NCBI GenBank assembly: GCA_021613535.1
Contig: CP075494.1
Span: 11,780,001-11,844,000 of the forward strand
DNA from: Adineta vaga
Lineage: Eukaryota > Animalia > Rotifera
Direction: 5' to 3'
Length of the DNA: 64,000 nucleotides
The notes under the pieces were generated by a model. That model saw nothing but the letters and a program-made list of their open reading frames with translations, searched no databases and had not been told where the DNA came from. Numbering within the stretch: position 1 is the first letter of the stretch; each line of letters begins with the position of its first letter. Made by a program: the position numbers and the translations under genes. Positions 13,539 to 25,814 of the stretch are shown piece by piece.

Positions 13539-16500
13539 TCAATTGGTTGTATCTGTCGTAGGCGTACTTGAAACAACCGTAGGTGTTGATGAATCTGCAT
13601 TGGTATTAATCTTTGAAAATGACTCATCAATTTCAGAACATGTTGTATTCTTCGCTTCAGTATCAGTTGAGAATGATTGCTCTTGTTGTTTCTGTTCGTC
13701 AGTTGTATCTAAAAAATTCAAGATAAAGTAAAAACATTTAATCTCTATATGTTTGATGATATCTATTAGATCTTGTGAATATTCATTAAATATCCTATTA
13801 AGAATTAGCATACAAATAGAGAAAGAAGAAGAACAAGAAAAGATACTGTTTTGTTTTTTCGATTTATTATTGATCTTATCATAAAATCGATATTTAACGA
13901 GTGTTACAAAATTATGATATGGTTTCAATCATTAAAGCAGAACAAAAAAAAAACGAAAAAAGTAACCCGTTGAATGATGATTATTTTTGACAGATATTTT
14001 CAGTTATATATTGTCTGTTTGCATGCTTCAATGCTCTATCATATACTTCATCATATCTTTTGACACTTCTATTATTCAGTACAGTGTACAGATGTAAGGA
14101 TCCCGCGACACACATATTTATTACCTTTTCAAATAATGAAATGAAGACAATAATTACTACTAAATAGTATGATTTGTTGTGAGCTTTATACTTTCGTTCT
14201 CTCGATATGTTTAATGAGAAGAGGGTCGATCAAAGAAAAATATCTTCTATCAATACAAATAGACAAAATATCGTGTCGGGATTCTATTTACTGCTTTTCA
14301 ATTAAACGAAGAGATTATTTCTTGACAACATGCGATATATTTCTTTTCTCAAGGAAACGAAAATAAACCAATACTCGACAGAAGATATCTCATCTGTAGT
14401 AATAAGATCATTTATATGGATGTGAAAGTATATCGTTAATAGAACAATGTATATGATGTACTTTTTCATATCTTTTTTCTATCTATATAATTATACTAAA
14501 GAATGTTTGACGATGAGCATAGTATTGAATGAGAGAGCGTGACTCTTTCGCATGTGTCGTCTTTTTATCGTCGCAATCTTCATCACACTTCTGTCACCAA
14601 GCATGTGACTATGAGTTAACTCAATGATTTTCATCAGCGACACAATGAGACAGAAGAAATTCATTCATTGATAAGATCAATAGCGCATAGTGTCAATGAC
14701 TGACCTGTTCATAAGTAAATGAAATGAACAAATTATTCACATATAAAAATTTGATGAGAGAGAGATCAATACGATCTGATTAAATCGGCGAAAAATGAAA
14801 AGCAACGATCTTGAATATCTTACCTGCTGTTTTATGAATTGAACCAGTAATTGTTGCTATTTCTTCATCAACAAAAACATCTTCAGCATCGAACGATTCA
14901 TTTCTTTGTTGATGACGACGTTGGTAAGAATTATTCGACGAACGACGATATTTTCGTTGTGAATGCGATGATGATGAAGGATAATTTGAATTCGACGAGA
15001 CCGATTCACTTTTTGATTGTTGTTGCTCTTGTTTGATAGGTAATGGATCAATCGTTCGTAAAATATCAATCATAATTTTTGTTAAAGAATGAATACCATT
15101 GAGATGTGTTGGTGGAGACTGAAGGGGTGTCTCAGGACCTGAATGTGAACGTTTTCGATTAGTTGTTGATTGATTTGGAAAAACAAAAGCACGACTGGAA
15201 TGCACCCGTTGTCGTTTTGATGAATTTCGACTTGGATACAGACTATCATCTGTTAATGGTGCCATTAATGGAGAGTAGAGTGGATAGGCTGGTTTGGAAT
15301 GATAAGAAGATGCTGTACTTGATGAATTACTATATTCTTGTTGCCACCATGTATTCGATGATGCTGATTGCGGACTATTCATACTCCATGATTGACGATG
15401 ATGAGGAACGTATTGTGGAACAAGTGAAAGTAATGGTCGAATTGTTGAAGGATTTGTTGGAACAGAATGATTATATGATTCAGAATAGTAACGTGAACGT
15501 GAATAGCGATTATTATAATAATCAACTTGTGTTGCACGTCGATGTAAATGAGCTGGAGCTAATTCAGAACGATACGTTGGAGAAAAATCAATCGGAGTAA
15601 AATCAGGTGCATCAGGATTCAAATGAATTTCACTGGTTGTATTATTCTCATTTCCTATATGCAATAACCGAGTTAATTCACGTGTTGCTTCACCTAAATC
15701 CATTTTATTTGTTGTTTGTGATGAGACATTTTCATTTATATCACCGAGTTCAGATGATGAACAAGATGATGTCGAATGACGATGTTGTTGTTGTTCACGA
15801 ATACTAACCGATGCTCGTTTATCATCGGTTGATAAGATTTCACCAACTGATACTTCCACGGATGTTGATGGTAATCTTTGCGAAACGTTTGTAATTGTTG
15901 CTGATTTCGGACTATCTAAAGATGAGACTAGTGATGAAGCAGCAGCTGAACGTGCATCGACAGGTTTTGGGCGTATTTTCGTTGCTAAAGGATTTGATGA
16001 TGGATCACGATTTTCGTCACTCATAGTTCGATTAGTATTTGATGGGGAAATATTATCGATATCAGATGGATGTGTGGAACTGCTTTTCTAAAAATGAGAA
16101 GAATACTTAATCAAATCGAAGTGAATTAAAACAGATGTGCCTATGACAATATAATCGGGTATAAATATAGAAATAAACATGAGATTATCAATTCTATTAG
16201 TAAAGATCATGTAATAAGTCTTATTTAAGAATATTGTTTCAAAATAAATTAAAGAAAAAAAAACAAAATTCTTCTTCATCAAAATCTCAAATTAGAACAT
16301 AATAAAGAGGAGTAAAACATGATGGAGACAGCTTGAGAATCGAATAGACAGATAGGTAGTGGATGAGGACATTTCTGTTTCGGGAAGTAATGAGAGAAAG
16401 AAACAGCTGTGCATGTGTGTGTGTGTGTACAGGCAAAAATGATCATTCTAATAAATCTACTGAAGAAATCTGAAAATAATACGCCTCTCTATTTAGTTTG

Positions 16501-16959
16501 AAAGAAAATTTTCTTCTCTGTATCATATTCAATGAACGAAAACACCTTTGATTATTCTTTCTGAAAAAGAAAATAGTCATTTGTTTTCACGATCATTGTT
16601 AGGATATTTGTGTGCAATGACCTTTTTTTTTTAAATAAAATTATATATATATATAATTATAAACCAGTCTGTTCCATGTTTTTTCGTCAAAGACTTTCAG
16701 CCTATGTAAGGAGAAAAGAAAGGAATAGGAAAGAAAAGAACAAGTTCTGTTAGGCCGGTTGGTGGCTAGAAATGAAGAGTCTAAACATAGGGACTTGCAT
16801 CCGCACACTATTTGCCCAAGGAAACAAGACAAGTTAACATTAAAAGTTTTGAAAAGGAACTTATAAAAAGGACGCCGTTGATGAGAAGAAGATATTTACT
16901 TGAATATGATCTGACAAAACCTGCTGTTGTGATGATGTCTGTTCACTGTTAGATGCCAT
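13539..16959 (-). CDS. ~497-aa Ser/Pro-rich protein with a PAM2 (PABP-interacting) motif (exons 16959-16900, 16087-14824, 13708-13539)
   Basis: In-frame GT-AG joins. HLNPDAPDFTP at ~15593-15625 fits the PAM2 consensus LNxxAxEFxP. Confidence 0.7.
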
Positions 16960-17737
16960 TAGATTCAACTGAATGAATAGATGAATGAATGAGTTAGTTA
17001 GTTAGTTTTTTCTTCAATGAAACATGTCGGTATGATATTTTTCGTTGTCGTCATTTACGTTTATCACTCGTGGAATGTTCCATTTAAAGCTTGTGGTTCC
17101 ATCGTCAACGATAAGAAGTGTGATTCTCTCATTTTCATCTTCCGTTTTATCGACGTCGACGACAGTAGCTAGAATAGAAGAAATAGTAGGGGCAATAGCA
17201 TTGAGTATGATGGCAACGATTCTTTCTCTAAAAAAACCCGACTGCTTATATTCCGTTTTTTCTTCATCGTCTCTATTTTTTCTTCTTTTTTTCTTTGTCG
17301 TTCTGTGGCACGTTCAGAACGTCATTATGAGTTGCATTCCCGTTTGCATGCATACTGTTCGTCGTCGACGTCAATTGTTGTTACTGCTAGTTCTGTTATT
17401 TTCCTTCAAACTCAACAAATAATGAATGTTGTTGTGTAGAACGTGTAGGAGTAGAAGATGAATACAATGAAATCGTGATCGTTCTCCTTCGCGACGTGGA
17501 AACGACGTTCTCCGAAAGAAGGAATTGTCATGCATAATCAAAAGATAGCAGATATGAGAGAAACAAATACAATGTTCTTTAATATATTAGAAAATATAGA
17601 TATTGTCGTATCAAATGGCGACTACTTTATTTTTTATTTCTTAAATGACTATAGACAGAATTCATTCAATCATTTTTTTCTCTTGTGTAAAAAGAAAAAA
17701 ACATCAAAGCACGATGATCTTTCGTACTATTCTAATT

Positions 17738-18978
17738 CTAATTCAGTTTCATAAATTTAACTGAATTTGGATCCTCATAATCTCCGTCATAATCCGTTCC
17801 ACCGCTGCCGATATCTGTTGTAGAATTGAATACTATGGATAGAATTGTACCACCGAATAATTGTTTATTGATAATTGTTCGATTAAGAAATGCATTAAGT
17901 CGAGTTACATTTTGATAGCGTGTAAAACCTAATGTAAAATCACCAATGATACTTCCATTACGATAGTTAAAAACGACACATGCGGAATAAAAGATTGCAT
18001 ATTTAGTTTTACGATCTGAGAGTGTTGTACTAACCTAGAATAGAAGGGAATTACGACGATATATGTTTGATAAAATACTTACTAAAGTACAAAATTCTCT
18101 TTGATAATTTTTCGCTAATGTTGATGAACTAGAAAGAAGAACCGGATCAAAACGAGATCGTACAAGTATATAACCAGTATAATAATCCGTTGTTGATTCT
18201 TTAGGTTTTCGAACTAGAAGAAAATAATATTTTGACTTGATATCGTTTTTATGCCAATCTCTTACCTAGAATAACAGCAATAACAATAGCAACTACAATC
18301 ATCACTATGATCGCAGTAATAGATAGACCGATGATAATTCGACGGCGTCTTGTTTTCAATTTAGATGAAGTTATTACAGATGTATCTTGTTCATTTTCTA
18401 CTCGTCCTGGTCGACGATAAGATCCTAGAACATATGGTATATGTCCATTTTCTGATTCAACTGTAGAAGCAGCTTTTTGATAATATCGTCGAGAAAGAGG
18501 AGGAGATTTTTGACCACTTCGAGCAGCAATACGTTTCCATTGTTCTGTGTGTTAAGTAGAAAATAAACAAAGCGATTGTTTTGAGTAATAAAACTTACCA
18601 GTATTTTGTAAGCCAGGCATTTCACTTAGTTGTAAATCTGCAAGAGTTGTTTCTGCTACGAGATCATCAAATGGTTGAATTTCTTGTCGAACTGTTAATG
18701 GATTTCTCTAATTATGATATCAAAACATTGAATTTAAATTTTACTTATTAAGAAAAACAAATTACTCGATGAAGTTTATCACTAGGAATTGATACTGATT
18801 CCTTATCATTCGAAGTAGGACCATTGAGCTGTTTTGATGTGATAAAATTTTGATCGATATGCAAATTCTTCAGAGGAGAATTGTTTGAAACATGTTTTCT
18901 AGAAAAATAATGATCGAGAAAATAAACAGTAGCACAATCATTTACTTACGAAGTCTTCTTTTTAACCATTGTTGACAT
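17738..18978 (-). CDS. Type II single-pass membrane protein with an extracellular SEA domain (6 exons)
   Basis: Spliced reading: cytoplasmic N-terminus, then RRRR + IIIGLSITAIIVMIVVAIVIAVIL TM helix, then FDPVLLSSSSTLAKNYQREFC...VVFNYRNGSIIGDFTLGF (SEA-type G^S motif). Mostly missed by the ORF track. Confidence 0.75.
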
Positions 18979-19504
18979 GTCTGGTTGATGGGCAATTCTG
19001 TTTCACCAATCAGTAATATCAATGCAACTCCCTGCACGTGTGTTTAGTCATCCGTAGACACAAAAGATACATCTACGTTTTTTTTTTCGTTCTTCCTTTT
19101 TCCCAGCCCACCATATTACTTTACATTGCCTGAATGATGTACAATGAAATGATACATTGATTTAGTTATCGTAGATGAGTTATAATCGTAGAACTATGCA
19201 AAAAATTTGCTAATAGAGTATTTCTAAATGTCGTCGATGCGTCTGATTGAAAGAAAAAATATTTCATAAGTAATAAGAAAATTATCTGTATAAACAAGGG
19301 CGTATGTTCGTTCAATATCGATCGATCAGTGATCAATTTTTTTGTAGTTACGTAGTAGAAACTAGTTTTATTGTTTGAATAACTTATCGTTAGGTTAAAT
19401 TCAAACGGTGAATGCTTCCTTTCCTTTCAATCAATGACTGTGATGTGTATGGCTATTTATTTTTCTATAGTTTCATTTTCTTTTAGTAAACAAACAGATG
19501 TAAA

Positions 19505-21418
19505 TTACAATTTCATTCTTCGCATGCGTTCGAGATTTTTTCTTCGTTGTTGAAGATTGGGATGATCTTCTGGTAATGATTTTTGACCAATTTGAACAGC
19601 ACGTTCAAAAAATGAATAAGCTTCTGCATAGTTATTCAGCGCTTCATACATTAAGCCGATATTGTTACACGATGCACCCAATTGAGGATGATTCGGAATG
19701 GATATGTCTTGTTGAATTTTAAGAGCTTTTTCATATGAAACAAGTGCTTTCGAATATTCATTCAAATTTTTGTAAACAACACCAATATTATTATAGGTCA
19801 TAGCCAAATCAGGAAGATTAGGAGGTTGAGCTTGCTGTCGAAGTGCAAGAGCTTTTTGATGATAATCAAGTGCTTGTCGATAATCATTCATGTTGTTATA
19901 AACTACAGCAATATTGTTGTACGAATTAGCGATATTAAAATGATTGAGAGGCTGTTTTTCCTTTTCAATTGCTAATGATTTTTTATAGAATTCAATAGCA
20001 TCTTGATATTGTCCTTGTTTGTCTTTGATTGAACCGAGTTGATGATAAATCGACGCTTTTTCATTCTTATTCGTTGTCTGTTCAAGTAACATTGAATAGA
20101 TTTCTTCCGCTTTCCCATGTTGATTCATGTCATTCAACACCAAACCTAATCGATACCAACCTTCCGTATCTGGAAAACTTGCTTCTCGTATGTAATTAGT
20201 GAGTATACATAAGTCTTTATCATTGTCACTAGTAAGAGATAAATTTACTTCGTAGAGTCGATTAGTTCCATTGAGTGATTTAATATCATTAACACGGAAC
20301 ACGCTATGCATAGAAAATAATATCTCATTTTCCTTCGGATAGTAACTAATACCACGAACAGAAGCAAATGGTATTGTTGATTGGCTTGGATCTATGTTCA
20401 TCACAAATAGAATTCCTATTAATTCCGGATTATTCAATTTGTCTTTTGCGAATTCAAGAGCAATATCACGAGTTTCACTGGTAGATAAAAAGCTATCAAA
20501 TGACATTAATCCACCCTTTGTTTGAGTTAATTTCTTAAAATTTTCATGAGATAAATCCTGTCCACGATACACGGTGAAGCTTTTATCAGAAGATTGACCA
20601 CCATATTGTTCTTCATGTAATTTTTTAATATGTTGACACAGATCCTTGATAAAGAATCCCATTCGTGTAATAATATCACCATCCATCTTTCGTATTCCAC
20701 TGTTCAGCATACGATATAGAAAGGAAGGACAAGTATACCACCAGATAGGTGTCTTCTGGCGATATATACCTTCCAATAGTTTAATATTCTCCAATTCATG
20801 GGTATTGCCAACAAAAAATTCTCGACAATAATCGACATAATCTTGAATGTGTTGATCTTCGAAGTCAATGGTCAGAAGTATTTCTTTGATAATTAGTGTG
20901 TACATAAAAGATGGATCTAGTTGATTCGGATTCTTACCAATTGGTACAAAACTCATAGATACATAATTTTCTTCGCATTTTTTAGCCGTTTCCTCCAGAG
21001 CTCTACATATAGATGTTATTTCTGTAAAAACACCTTTTATTTTTCCCCATTTTTTTGCCCATCCTTCGTGATGTGTTCGATTTCCACAAAAGATAAATAT
21101 GGAATCGATTTGGGACATATCATGTATTTGAGGCACGATATGCTGACCAAGTGCACCTGAAATAATCATACAAGCTTTACGATCTGTAATGGTTTGTATG
21201 AATTGGATGCAATCGTCACCATCCATGCATATACAGACATCATTGATAATGCGTTGAAGTAAAGTAATTGTATTCTGATAATCTTTGCTGTCTTCATCAA
21301 TGTTACTATCCAACCATATAAGAAGAAGACTTTGCACTTTTTGAATATCATTACGACGTCGTCGTTCATGTGTTTTGTTTGAGTATTCATCTGTATCGTT
21401 GTATTTGTTGCTTGCCAT
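19505..21418 (-). CDS. ART-TPR protein 1: receiver-like N-domain + arginine-type mono-ADP-ribosyltransferase + ~5 TPRs; intact, intronless CDS
   Basis: Motifs VYRGQ, SFLSTS and ENEILF (R-S-ExE); 42-aa repeats AxSYNNIGxVY...AL..YEKAL; terminal helix HPNLQQRRKNLERMRRMKL. First ATG at 21418. Confidence 0.9.
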   Translation of the reverse strand: MASNKYNDTDEYSNKTHERRRRNDIQKVQSLLLIWLDSNIDEDSKDYQNTITLLQRIINDVCICMDGDDCIQFIQTITDRKACMIISGALGQHIVPQIHDMSQIDSIFIFCGNRTHHEGWAKKWGKIKGVFTEITSICRALEETAKKCEENYVSMSFVPIGKNPNQLDPSFMYTLIIKEILLTIDFEDQHIQDYVDYCREFFVGNTHELENIKLLEGIYRQKTPIWWYTCPSFLYRMLNSGIRKMDGDIITRMGFFIKDLCQHIKKLHEEQYGGQSSDKSFTVYRGQDLSHENFKKLTQTKGGLMSFDSFLSTSETRDIALEFAKDKLNNPELIGILFVMNIDPSQSTIPFASVRGISYYPKENEILFSMHSVFRVNDIKSLNGTNRLYEVNLSLTSDNDKDLCILTNYIREASFPDTEGWYRLGLVLNDMNQHGKAEEIYSMLLEQTTNKNEKASIYHQLGSIKDKQGQYQDAIEFYKKSLAIEKEKQPLNHFNIANSYNNIAVVYNNMNDYRQALDYHQKALALRQQAQPPNLPDLAMTYNNIGVVYKNLNEYSKALVSYEKALKIQQDISIPNHPQLGASCNNIGLMYEALNNYAEAYSFFERAVQIGQKSLPEDHPNLQQRRKNLERMRRMKL

Positions 21419-22154
21419 CGATTTCACCTGTTTGTAGAGAATGTAAATGCAAATGGCTTCAAAAATAATGCATAAGAATCTTCTTCACAAGTCTGTTTTC
21501 TGTGTTGTCAACTGTGTTTTTATTTTTACGTTTTTGTAAACCATCATTTTTTTCTCCGAAAGATTGAGTGATGGTAGATGAAGAACGACAAAGTTTAACA
21601 AAATGTTGTTTTAGTTAATAGTCATGAAAACACTTGACGAAAAGATTTATTTAGTCTACTTAAGAGAAGAGAAATGTTCTCAAATATTTTTCATTCTATT
21701 CATAGTTGTATTGCTGTGTATGATTGGAGAGATATACAAAGTATTGGCATCATATTTAAGATAAACTTCTTTTTAATTGCTTTTTTCGTATTTATTCTGG
21801 TATTTGAAAATTCCACATGATGAATACTCAGAAGAAGGGATTATTGTCTTTGAAAAAATTGACGCTACGAACAAACGAAGAAACACAACGAAATTTCGTG
21901 AAAAGTATCTTCATTATTCTTTAGATCGTCGTTGAATCTCATAGCTCGAAAGATACTTCAATAAATGCTCAAACAATATTCTCACGCTCAGGTATCTATC
22001 CTACCTTGATCATTTTTATGGAAAACATCATGGTAGTAAACATGTTGACACAGATTGAAAATACATATCTATTCTTTCTATAAATAAAGGTTTTACGGAA
22101 ACGATCAGCCTAGACAATAAGCAAATAAGTATTATCGTGCTGTATTTTTCTTTC

Positions 22155-24377
22155 TTAATATCTGTTGAAAAGTGTGTGATTTTGATTCGCCGCTTTTTTT
22201 CTATACAGTATAAGAGAGAATAAAGTGAGTATCAGAAAAATGTTACGAAAACATGACTGAAAGATTCTGACTATTTCACTAATATTGTTATAGATACCGA
22301 CCAATTTACGATGATTCAGAAGATCTGATTTTTGCCAAATGACTAAGGCTTTTTCGTACGATGCAGTTGCTTTCAGATAATCACGCATTTCACGATGCAC
22401 AGTACCACGAGCATAGTAAAATCCGGCTAAAGAAGGATGATTAGAAGGAAAAGATTGTTGTTGAATCAGGAGAGCTTTCTCATAACAAGAAAGCGCTTTT
22501 GCGAAATTGTTGAAGGACAGTGCCAAATCAGGATGATTTGGAGCAAGTGATTGTTGTCGAATAGAAAGTGCTTTTTCATGATATGAAAGTGCTTTTCGAT
22601 ACTCACCCATGTTGTGATATACTAAACCCATATTGTTGTACGATCCTGCCAAATTAGGATGGGTGGATGGACGTATTTGTTGCCAAATTGCAAGAGCTTT
22701 TTCATATGAAGACAGTGCATTTTGATAGTCACCCATATGTCGATATACCTCGCCAATATTGTTGTAGTAGGCAGCTCGATTAGAATGACTAGGAGAAAAT
22801 GATTGATGTTGAATTCCAAGAGCTTTTGTATGAGATAAAAGTGCGTTTGGATAATCACTCATAGCGTCATACGCATTACCAATGTTATTGTAAGATGCAG
22901 CCAAGATAGGGTCATTAGGAAGAAGATCTTTTTGAAATATGTTTAGTGATTTTTGATGAAAGTTTAGTGCTGCATGATACTCTTGCTGATTGTATTTAAT
23001 ACAACCGAGTTGATGATACATCCATGCCTTACTGCTCTCATTCGTTGTTTGATCAAGTAGAATATGACAAATCTTCTCTGCCTGGTCATTTTGATGCATT
23101 TCAGTTAGTAAAAAACACAATCTGGACCATCCTTCATTATGTGGAGAACTCTCTTCTCGAATATGATTTGTAATTGTATTCAGTTCTGCATCGCTATCAC
23201 TGGTCAATGATAGATTTATTTCGTGAATTCGATTACTTTCATCTACTAATGTGATATCATGAATACGAAAAACACTATGCATCGAAAAAAGAACTTCGTC
23301 TTCATCCGGAAAGTAACTAATACCATGAATAGAAGCAAATGGAATTGTGGACTGGTTTGGATTAACTTTCATAACAAACACAATTCCTACCAAATCTAGA
23401 TTGCTTGCATTACTCTCGGCATAAAGATACGAAATATGTCGATCTTTACTAGTAGACAAGAAACTGTTGAACGACAGCAATCCACCTTGGAATTTCATCA
23501 GTTCATCGAAATCTGCTTTTGGCAATCCTTGACCACGATAAACTGTGAAGATTTCAGACGTAAGACGGTCTTTATATTGTTCCTTGTGCAGTCTTTCGAT
23601 ATTTCGATGAAGATCATTGATGAAAAATCCCATTCGAACAATAATATCGCCATCCATGGTTCGTAATGCACGATTAAGCATAGAATACAGGAAGCCTTCC
23701 CAAGTATACCACCATATGGATGTTTCTTGATGATATTTGGATTCTAATAACTTGACTTTGTCTAGTTTTTGTTTATTGTCATCAAATGCATCACAACAAT
23801 AATCAATGAATTTTTGAATGTGTTGTTTTCCAAAATTGATGCTCAACAATATTTCTTTTAAGAGTTGAGTATACATAAATGTTGGATCTAATTGATTCAA
23901 TTTCTTACCAGGTGTCACGAAACTTATTGGTATAGAATTCTGTTCACATTGATGAGTTATTTTTTTGACAACTTCGCAGATTGACATCATATCTTTGAAA
24001 ACACCTTTGATCTTTGACCATTGTTGCACTAAACCTTCACGATGTTTTTTCTTGTCACAAAATATTAAAATAGAATCCAGTTGTGAAATATCATGAACAC
24101 ATGGAACAATATGTTGTTCGAGTGACTGAGAGATGATCAAGCATATTTTATTATCGTTTATACTTAGAATAAATTCGATGCATTCATCACTATCCGTGAA
24201 TACATTGATGTCGTTCATCATATCTTGAAATTGTACAGGTATGCTTTGATAATTTCTAAAATTGTTATTAACACAAGTGTCTAACCAAACAACAACAACA
24301 TTTAGTAGCTTGTCAATGGTAATACATCGACGGCTAGCTACTTCTGTACGAGTTATAGGAATTTGTTCGTTTGTCAT
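22155..24377 (-). CDS. ART-TPR protein 2: same architecture, with a degenerate/truncated TPR end
   Basis: VYRGQ, SFLSTS, EDEVLF. About 7 TPRs, one with a 10-aa deletion. The last repeat breaks off into non-homologous sequence and the family C-terminal helix is missing. Confidence 0.85.
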   Translation of the reverse strand: MTNEQIPITRTEVASRRCITIDKLLNVVVVWLDTCVNNNFRNYQSIPVQFQDMMNDINVFTDSDECIEFILSINDNKICLIISQSLEQHIVPCVHDISQLDSILIFCDKKKHREGLVQQWSKIKGVFKDMMSICEVVKKITHQCEQNSIPISFVTPGKKLNQLDPTFMYTQLLKEILLSINFGKQHIQKFIDYCCDAFDDNKQKLDKVKLLESKYHQETSIWWYTWEGFLYSMLNRALRTMDGDIIVRMGFFINDLHRNIERLHKEQYKDRLTSEIFTVYRGQGLPKADFDELMKFQGGLLSFNSFLSTSKDRHISYLYAESNASNLDLVGIVFVMKVNPNQSTIPFASIHGISYFPDEDEVLFSMHSVFRIHDITLVDESNRIHEINLSLTSDSDAELNTITNHIREESSPHNEGWSRLCFLLTEMHQNDQAEKICHILLDQTTNESSKAWMYHQLGCIKYNQQEYHAALNFHQKSLNIFQKDLLPNDPILAASYNNIGNAYDAMSDYPNALLSHTKALGIQHQSFSPSHSNRAAYYNNIGEVYRHMGDYQNALSSYEKALAIWQQIRPSTHPNLAGSYNNMGLVYHNMGEYRKALSYHEKALSIRQQSLAPNHPDLALSFNNFAKALSCYEKALLIQQQSFPSNHPSLAGFYYARGTVHREMRDYLKATASYEKALVIWQKSDLLNHRKLVGIYNNISEIVRIFQSCFRNIFLILTLFSLILYRKKAANQNHTLFNRY
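23266..23769 (-). repeat. 504-bp inverted repeat, copy A (partner 51290-51793)
   Basis: Base-by-base comparison shows 5 mismatches and no indels in 504 bp. Confidence 0.95.
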
Positions 24378-25398
24378 TGACTTTACTGACTTGTAGTTTA
24401 AAACGTGAATGTTATAGTTAGTTGTAGTCAATTTCAAGAAATGACTTATGAAATAGTAATACGAATCTATTCGTTTTTATAATATTCGCGTGTTAAAAAA
24501 GATAACGAGTCGTCTTTTACATTCTTTACTTTGGTCTTATCAAAAAGCTATAAAAGTTTGGATAGACTTTCCTTTTATAGTAGTCAACAAAGGACGAAAA
24601 ACTACCAAAGTCAATGAAAACGAATCCTTGTTTTTCTTAATGATGTAGGAAATGAAATGAATACTAGGCATCAATATCATCATTCATATTTTCTCATCTT
24701 TACATGATGAAGACCACAGCCTATAGATATGTAAATTCTTTTGATTAATTCTCTACTTTCTATTCGAAAGTTGTATATATTCAATGTTTAAAAGAACAAA
24801 TCACTTTTTTTTGAAATATTATATTCAGAACAATACACAAACCTTTTCCAATAGAAAAGTTTAAGTATTGAGCATCCAAACACACTCATTCAAAATGGCA
24901 TAAAATCAATAATTTAGACATTGAATCTCAATAGTTTTCATCAAGTCTGATGTTTGTTATGTAATCATTAAGAAATGTAAAATGAAATAAGCGAGTAAAT
25001 CACTTCCCAATTGGTGTGTCAAAATAAAAGTATGGCTTGTGTTGAAAAGTCTCGAAGTATGTATCAAAAAAACATTATTATTTTCTCGTTAATCAACCAC
25101 ATTGGACGACGAAATATTTACACTTCTTAATTCTGTATTCTATGAAAATAAAAAAGACAGGTAGATCGTTATCGTACAAGAGGTGTCTGAGAGAGCGTAC
25201 CTTGAAAACTTGATTTCTCTTGTGAGACTATATAACCAAGAAAGAAAAATGAGAATAATATATGTGTTCACGATTTTTACTCAGAATATATATCCTTAGA
25301 ATATGACCAGACAATAATCGTACTTCGTTGTAAAAAATATACCAATTTAAGCACAAACTGAAGATATTATTCTCTTTTCACTTTATTGAACTATATAG

Positions 25399-25722
25399 AC
25401 GTCAATTGTGGATACTATGGAAGAAGCGGACGAAGACAAACAAGTAAATCCGTCCCCTAGTTGGACTCCCGTATACCAACGTTTGAAGAATATAAATAAA
25501 TATGCAGAAAGATTCTTTTCAACTCCATTTCGTATATTAGAAACTGTTCTTGATAACATTCACAGTTTTGTTACTCAACATGCAGTATCTTATTCATTTT
25601 GTATGTGTATAACAATAACTGCAACCGTTTCAGCTACAGCTATTGCTGTTGGAGTCGGTACTGGTGTAGGAATTGGATGCAGTAATACAAATGGAAATAG
25701 TTCAAATTCAACAAGTAGTTAA
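25399..25722 (+). CDS. Small membrane protein with a C-terminal glycine-zipper helix (main exon; possible short upstream exons from ~25142)
   Basis: ITITATVSATAIAVGVGTGVGIGC followed by N-x-S/T sequons. Acceptor AG at 25397-25398; AATAAA downstream. Confidence 0.65.
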   Translation, partial: TSIVDTMEEADEDKQVNPSPSWTPVYQRLKNINKYAERFFSTPFRILETVLDNIHSFVTQHAVSYSFCMCITITATVSATAIAVGVGTGVGIGCSNTNGNSSNSTSS

Positions 25723-25814
25723 TGAACTCTGAATTTGTTTGATTTCTCTATCTTTGTTAAAGATCGATATAAAAATAAAAAACTGAATCGTTTATAACAA
25801 TGTAAAATTTTTAA

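Noticed and set aside
16700-16860. Possible intronic snoRNA or structured RNA
   Set aside because: Only short scattered complementarities; no convincing C/D or H/ACA box arrangement.
19505-24437. ART-TPR genes as bacterial contamination or prophage toxins
   Set aside because: They sit between intron-rich animal genes, have similar AT richness, and show no operon or mobile-element context.
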